From Omnitrophica WOR_2 bacterium GWF2_43_52 (GTDB lineage Bacteria > Omnitrophota > Gorgyraeia > Gygaellales > UBA12090): a stretch of DNA of 64,000 bases. Location: positions 4,912 to 68,911 of the forward strand of contig MHGF01000038.1 in NCBI GenBank assembly GCA_001805445.1, in the 5' to 3' direction. Below the pieces are notes generated by a model. The model was given only the letters and a program-made list of their open reading frames with translations, had not been told where the DNA came from and made no database searches. The position numbers and the translations under genes were made by a program. Positions 60,701 through 64,000 of the stretch are shown piece after piece; positions within the stretch are counted from its first letter, which is position 1, and each line of letters opens with the position of its first letter.

Positions 60701-60789
60701 GTTTGAGCTACCTGGGCAAAGCTCGATTGCTCAAAGATAAATAAAATGGATAAAATGAGAGATAGTATTTTTTTAGGCTTCTCTGGCAT
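54751..60789 (-). CDS. Giant (2012 aa) secreted protein with an internal array of at least 15 roughly 36-40-aa alpha-helical (HEAT/PBS-like) tandem repeats
   Basis: Signal peptide MPEKPKKILSLILSILFIFEQSSFA. Repeat consensus about LxRLIPQLEKDFPxASEAYKTxILxxL. The N- and C-terminal regions (roughly 450 and 600 aa) are non-repetitive with no recognised domain. Confidence 0.7.
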   Translation of the reverse strand: MPEKPKKILSLILSILFIFEQSSFAQVAQTIDISGYFKQAHANSFNQDKFRPLHLRSIGYDNLNNSFSVLLDKGSAPPDSKLALEQVTNELLKYFFIGLTLPNSSFWVNLRPDAPDNIIDDDLAQTDVGKILLEADLQLKKDTAQFTSPETREGKEYWDKLYQKAEELYGTSSNITIPTLTRPWIVPDEVIIRESQDNGSIALTTSAYIYKATLKVMLEQDYLKDSPQYNFKDELQKQLNEYSSQLIRELIIPKLTKEINTSKRYANLRQVYYSLILAQWFKQKYKGRFSESSSLLGRTVPDIDSGDLTNLTSQEPYDKQTYFQQYRKSFKQGEYNHKATIPTAYGQTIRSYMSGGLNLMVGIPLTTQVPGDVPVAGSPVVVIKAERELPMGSNTIGPFKVTGLPAEVDLKMVSSAVQEKADTISPLDTVPLRPDAIVSIKPKGIFRSTFEAYQTFRIRFLKRVAFTGFKAPVRDLERIFPSSSDAHKIAILNALREVNRRVYSHTAKEPLARLIPQLEKDFPLASEAYKTVVLDELRHEHESLARIFPSASEAQKATIINALIGTNSSKAIKALESFIPQLEKDFPLMSNDDYKTASFNLFVKLVQYDVFQPVADALERILPSTSEYQKTAFLDILRDMAITYGSERQKTAIKALERLSPQLKKDFLSTSNEVYKMAIHNTLRRVYSVSSFNSATGEVLTRLIPQMEKDFPSALDAYKTFILDALRYQYASLARIFPLASVVQQNDIVDKLIRDFYENRKTAEFLGSILSVASEHIRTTTIKTLLMETTTRDHHLSDTGVLITSIFSLSSEVQKKAILDIVKNFVIKSDVGKLKQIPRVTSVSLENIHLQMEKDFPLASEAYQKVILDELKYEHPSLVRITPSSSEAQKIVIFNKLTDGSSGQNKSLEIFLLQLVEDYSILSEGFKDIIIKFLKDNLHRNEMYLCREVFLKFIPPMEKDFPLVSEVRQTAIFNDLVYALSAGGYGGYDYIDEKVVEEALARIFRLFSEIRRADIVKDLIKLKNETALRSLIPRTEEDFPSVSYDTYKITILEAIDLISHSSRYELAQKAFARLIPQLEKDFPSASDALKTIFMNMLVRQFNQGIVDSAREEARRAVVRLLPELGKDFLSASEDYKTAIMNALGERNIFADNLEVILEVFYPKLSPSAAKVRLIFSSLAQPDFLIRPILDGSLNEVIKESGADIPTFVKSVFKHQGIAPELKVNILNALINIVKPESQLIAESIIDLFGLSEQKLRDKVVEFINKERSEIIEIINYLGKAEMVPALSFFEDFLRKRDTSFLDIIKSAMDDDILSSIPAMAPQVKLLLNLEKKYEVLRGAMGYLIETGIILKGASLEYNASQKIDDILARYSKNDGIGDKKLLSELSIINRQVKSDAFKKIINRDLTEEEKEFLDTHYMATYIGNFVGLYFRLQGEYPGICEKAALSINKLLEFRDTKGFNQWLFKEAEWNKEVYAELLKSGYSSLLWDKGIRKTLPMEGIGEDITDKMKQQNEQLIELADMHNIEIGASYREKGLTSHQEAEAFAKEYFLNNEKLSQDVKDSVKRILGETKRFEEVYKSKGISSEKVTVEIVQDFLKDTYAVGIPGCFAPHKSNNQMPMIHALETNALFLRIYNGNDKMIANAVLVLTPQGVVVQPLWNASNLDLNKVVFEGLAELLLKDMVPAVSFSDASSAGKEALKYGGQEGITAVKKNTLDTDLYFDFSSSNSDVKTEFSMPYTLTKENLKDFKPSAEEIKESLNQQREKRLSEEDRKKISKELFSADGLGDIAMGPVLKNIEEIIFDWEEKEIEKLISFLTTRFPPKRGISEAEKGILKAKLLEIKGRPLELQAAAASPLELKSLEPASSSALQNKPGGIDLTALPIVTQSALNQPLITNMPIASSALNLNINLENELKQIQAMVNAGIMPSSERIREYALASSSLQKEEGYAQEIGRILGCIAEILRLEEDRGVSTALALKEMLILLESDKPARDVQFALSKITVMPKEPANYSAQ

Positions 60790-61170
60790 AGTTTCTGGTA
60801 ATTGAGGGAAAGTGTGTGGGTATATCAGCTATAGTAATTAAAATATACCCTATAGAAGAGGTACTTTCAAGGCTAAAATAGGGGTTTTGGGAAAGCGCTT
60901 TCAGAACCGCAGATTGCACAGATAGGAGGAAAAACGATTGCTTAGCAGACTACGAGGATAAAGTGGAATTTCAGGAAGAGATTTTTAGGGCCTTTAGATG
61001 CGTGGTTTTAACCCGGATTTTACATTAGGTTTTGAGGAAAATGGCCTAAATCTTTGTCAGAACAAGGCTTGCGAGCAAAACGCAGTTATGGCAAAGAGTT
61101 ATAGACATTTTACCAAAATCCTAATGCAAATTCAGGGTTTAAGGCTGTTTTATTTTGGGCAGGGAAAAAT

Positions 61171-62598
61171 CTAAACTTCGAAGTTTTCTTCTTTTATTTT
61201 TTTAAACTCAGACTGATGTTCTAAAAAGAAATTAAGGATGCGGGGGTCAAATTTAGCACTATCTTTTTTTATTATCTCAACCGCTGCTTCGTGGGTAAGG
61301 GCTTTTCGATACGCGCGCTCAGAAACCAGGGCATCGTAATTATCTGCCAGAGCAACAATTCGCGCGGAAAGAGGGATTTCTTCCCCCTTTAAACCGTCAG
61401 GATATCCCTTGCCATCCCAGCGTTCATGATGGGACAACACCACGCTTTCTACCAATCGTAAGTATTGATTACTCCCCTTATCTTTTAAGAGAGGCATCAG
61501 CATCTCAATTCCCCAACGGGGATGCTGCCTCATTATCTGCCACTCGGCCTCGGTCAATTCCCCAGGTTTTAATAAGATCTCGTTTGGCGTCCTCCACTTC
61601 CCTACATCATGAAGCATACTGGCATAACTGACATCAGTAATATATTTTTCATCAATGTAATCCTTGAAAGGCTCTATTTTGCTTAGGCCTTCGCTGATAA
61701 TGCGGGTATACGCGGCGATACGGTGGATATGGCAGGCTGTTTCTACATTCCCTACCTCCTCCGCCCGGAGCGCGAACACCTCCATGATACCCTGATAGAG
61801 CGATTCTCTTTTCTTTTCCGCGTCGCGAATCCTGGTAATATCGATAAACGAGCCCATGATCTGCGGGGTATTCATGTTTTTATATTCGATAAATGAAAGG
61901 AGCACTTGTAAATACACGCCGGTTTTGTCTTTTCGTAATCCCATCAATTCGCCAAACCAGCTCTTTTTTGTTTTTAAAATAGCTAATAATTCATCGAACT
62001 TTTCGGGGGTTGACAGCAAGTCTTTTATGTTCTTCCCCGCTGTTTCTACTTCAGCGTCATAGCCTAAGATATTAAGAAAAGATGGATTCATATACGATAT
62101 TGAGCCATTTAACTCTATGACGCAGACGCCGTTTAAAGCGTTCTTAATCGCCATATCCCGTAAAATTGATTCCTTTTCCAGCGGCAGGGCCTTGCCTATT
62201 CTTTCGTAGTACTCCATTGCGTCGAGTATCGACTTTTCTAAGATCTCAACGCTAATATTACCTTTTACCAAGTAATCGCTGGCCCCTGCCTTCATCATAG
62301 CGACAGCAACATCTTCATTGCCGCTTCCAGTCACAATGATCACCGGGACATTAATGCCTTTTGCCCTTATATGCTGGAGGATTTCCAGGCCCGTGATTTT
62401 GCTATGGACACGGTAATCCAAAATAATAAGCTCTATATTTTGATTCTGGCTTAGGATATAGAGCGATTCTTCAAGGGTTACCACGTGATGCACATCCAAT
62501 TGGATAGACGGCATCTCTTCTCCGAGATGTTTCAGGACCGCGACTGAAAATGGATCATCATCAATCACCAAGGTCTTAATGGTTTTTTTCTCTGCCAT
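61171..62598 (-). CDS. Response regulator with REC, PAS and HD-GYP (c-di-GMP phosphodiesterase) domains
   Basis: REC domain LVIDDD...ILDYRV (phospho-Asp pocket)...TGSGNEDVAVAMMKAGASDYLVK. HD-GYP domain HDVGK...HHERWDGKGYPDGL. Confidence 0.8.
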   Translation of the reverse strand: MAEKKTIKTLVIDDDPFSVAVLKHLGEEMPSIQLDVHHVVTLEESLYILSQNQNIELIILDYRVHSKITGLEILQHIRAKGINVPVIIVTGSGNEDVAVAMMKAGASDYLVKGNISVEILEKSILDAMEYYERIGKALPLEKESILRDMAIKNALNGVCVIELNGSISYMNPSFLNILGYDAEVETAGKNIKDLLSTPEKFDELLAILKTKKSWFGELMGLRKDKTGVYLQVLLSFIEYKNMNTPQIMGSFIDITRIRDAEKKRESLYQGIMEVFALRAEEVGNVETACHIHRIAAYTRIISEGLSKIEPFKDYIDEKYITDVSYASMLHDVGKWRTPNEILLKPGELTEAEWQIMRQHPRWGIEMLMPLLKDKGSNQYLRLVESVVLSHHERWDGKGYPDGLKGEEIPLSARIVALADNYDALVSERAYRKALTHEAAVEIIKKDSAKFDPRILNFFLEHQSEFKKIKEENFEV

Positions 62599-62674
62599 AT
62601 TTTTCCTTTCTTAAAAAGGCAGTATACTATAATAAAAGCCGCTTTTCAAATAAAATTATCATTTTTACGGTTTT

Positions 62675-62712
62675 CTAAAAACAAAATCGCCATCCCAAGA
62701 AGGATGGCGACT
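62675..62712 (-). terminator. Intrinsic terminator downstream of the second nfu gene
   Basis: The minus strand reads TCGCCATCC-ttcttg-GGATGGCGA followed by TTTTGTTTTT. Confidence 0.55.
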
Positions 62713-62743
62713 TACACATCAGAAACGTATACGTATGAGTGTG

Positions 62744-62965
62744 TTATACAGCTATCACCTTCTTAACTTCCGGAACCGCGTTTTTAATTGCCCGCTCTAC
62801 CCCTTGGGTCATCGTCATTTGAGACATAGGGCAGCCTCCGCAGGCGCCCAGAAGGCGCACTTTGACCGTACCATCTGGTTCAACACTTACCAATTGGATA
62901 TCCCCTCCGTCAGCCTGCAGTGCCGGACGGACATTTTCCAACGCCTTTTCTATTTTGTCTTTCAT
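62744..62965 (-). CDS. NifU-like (Nfu-type) Fe-S protein, second copy
   Basis: GGDIQLVSVEPDGTVKVRLLGACGGCPMSQMTM. Paralogue of 31413-31634. Confidence 0.75.
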   Translation of the reverse strand: MKDKIEKALENVRPALQADGGDIQLVSVEPDGTVKVRLLGACGGCPMSQMTMTQGVERAIKNAVPEVKKVIAV

Positions 62966-63621
62966 TTGATTACCTCCTCTTTAAATTTCTCTAACCCCAT
63001 CTTTTCGATAAATATACCTAATCTCTCCGGAGTCTTGCCTTTTTTCTCATAGAAAGCCACTATTTTCTCAACAAGAGTAATTACCTCATCTTCTTTTAGA
63101 TTATCTTTAAACCTTTGGGCAATTCTTGGCTTTGCTCCCGCTGCTCCTCCTACAAACACAGAATACCCCTCCTGCGAAGCCACTATTCCTATATCTTTTA
63201 CCAAAGGCTCAGAGCAGCTCCGGGAACAGCCGGAAACCGAAATAATCATCTTGAAAGGAAGTTTCTTCCCGGAAAACTTTTTATCAAGCGTAAGCCCCAG
63301 GGAAAATGAATCCTGCGCGTTATTATCGCAGATATAGCCGCCGGAACACAGCTTTACCGGCCGCATGGAAAACCCTGCCACGCTATAGGTAGGAAGCCCA
63401 AGTATCTGGCGGCACTCTTTGTTTCTGGCTTCATCTTTCACATTCCCCATGATTATTTCACCCGTTAACTTGAGTTTGCTTTCAGGAAATTTTTCGCAGG
63501 CATCCGCGATCTTACGCAAGTCATCGGGAGTCACCACGCCCCCGGGAAAATGCGGGGCGATATATTTCTTATCTTCCTTATCTATCTTTTGTTCCATTAC
63601 CTTCTTCATGATAAAATTCAT
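62962..63621 (-). CDS. Small nitrite/sulfite-reductase-like siroheme-[4Fe-4S] protein (alSiR-like, about 24 kDa)
   Basis: SGCSRSCSEP and CSGGYICDN cysteine clusters correspond to the siroheme-4Fe4S half-domain of the large reductase at 35967-38390. Its start overlaps the nfu stop. Confidence 0.55.
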   Translation of the reverse strand: MNFIMKKVMEQKIDKEDKKYIAPHFPGGVVTPDDLRKIADACEKFPESKLKLTGEIIMGNVKDEARNKECRQILGLPTYSVAGFSMRPVKLCSGGYICDNNAQDSFSLGLTLDKKFSGKKLPFKMIISVSGCSRSCSEPLVKDIGIVASQEGYSVFVGGAAGAKPRIAQRFKDNLKEDEVITLVEKIVAFYEKKGKTPERLGIFIEKMGLEKFKEEVIK

Positions 63622-63650
63622 TGGAACACTCCTATGTTAATTATCAATTC

Positions 63651-63887
63651 CTATCCTTTCTTCTTTATCTGCACAATCCAGTCCTTAGGGCCTTGCTGCT
63701 CATAATTCCATTCATATTTTCCCTTATACTCTACTTCAAACTGATACCACAAAGGCTTCGGGTCATGGTCATTGATGATCTTTAAGGCCTCACCCGGCTT
63801 TAAGGTATCCCATGTCTGAAATATCTTCTCATGCCTTTGAAACGGCGGCATCGGCCGCAAATCCAACACCTCAACCTTTTCTGCCAT
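63651..63887 (-). CDS. DUF2249-domain protein. The reading frame stays open upstream to the window edge, so the gene may be longer
   Basis: LRPMPPFQRHEKIFQTWDTLKPGEALKIINDHDPKPLWYQF matches DUF2249. There is no in-frame stop between 63888 and 64000. Confidence 0.5.
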   Translation of the reverse strand: MAEKVEVLDLRPMPPFQRHEKIFQTWDTLKPGEALKIINDHDPKPLWYQFEVEYKGKYEWNYEQQGPKDWIVQIKKKG

Positions 63888-64000
63888 AACGCTTCCCTCC
63901 TCTTTATCGAAGTTTATGAACTCTACCTTTTTATCAAGAATACAGCCTTTTATTCCGGGCCGGCAATCCCGCTTCAGCTTTTTGCATAAACCTTTAACCT

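Overview
This is a gene-dense 64 kb window from an apparently uncultivated, probably anaerobic bacterium (GC about 45%). Almost every gene is on the minus strand. I found no rRNA, tRNA or CRISPR array.

Main blocks:
(1) 1-13.6 kb, a copper/metal homeostasis island: cation:proton antiporter fragment, secreted DUF1573 protein with a CuA-type cupredoxin domain, YHS-domain protein, DUF1622, ArsB/NhaD-type permease, a type-II (PEGLP) P-type ATPase, CusA-CusB-CusC-like RND efflux system and a CsoR/RcnR repressor.
(2) 13.7-15 kb: two tandem CheC-like paralogues with no other che genes.
(3) 15-20 kb: azoreductase, transaldolase and a secreted protein, plus a 130-bp azoreductase pseudogene fragment.
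(4) 20-24 kb, an accessory/defence-like patch with cassette-like organisation: an ORF6N protein, a PD-(D/E)XK nuclease fused to an EVE domain (candidate modification-dependent restriction enzyme) and a HEPN/MNT toxin-antitoxin pair. The ORF6N gene and the TA pair are each flanked by their own family of direct repeats.
(5) 24-32.6 kb: housekeeping genes (DUF255 thioredoxin-domain protein, rRNA methyltransferases, MFS transporter, ArfB, DUF45, Nfu).
(6) 32.9-45.3 kb, the most notable locus: a sulfur-carrier-protein (ubiquitin-like) cysteine/homocysteine biosynthesis cluster. It holds a NIL protein, a ThiF/MoeB-type E1, a CysO-like carrier with a 34-aa extension after the GG, a threonine-synthase-family enzyme (MetM-like), a siroheme sulfite reductase fused to TusA, a ThiS-cysteine synthase fusion, hemL and hemB, a JAMM protease, an ABC transporter, APS/PAPS reductase and an Rrf2 regulator.
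(7) 45.4-48.6 kb: a processive GT2 synthase and its partner.
(8) 48.7-53.4 kb, an oxidative-stress cluster: superoxide reductase, peroxiredoxin, DJ-1/PfpI, a Tpx fused to pterin-4a-carbinolamine dehydratase, a VIT-family transporter and a Fur-family regulator with a palindromic box.
(9) 53.5-54.6 kb: a RelE/ParE TA pair and an orphan fragment.
(10) 54.8-60.8 kb: a 2012-aa secreted giant protein with a long helical tandem-repeat array.
(11) 61-64 kb: a REC-PAS-HD-GYP regulator, a second Nfu, a small siroheme reductase-like protein and DUF2249.

Several repeat families recur (sRNA-like hairpin element, 27-bp junction motif, 36-bp and 140-bp direct repeats, palindromic MITE-like elements, in-frame heptanucleotide repeats). 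All function calls come from motif recognition in the supplied translations, not from database searches.
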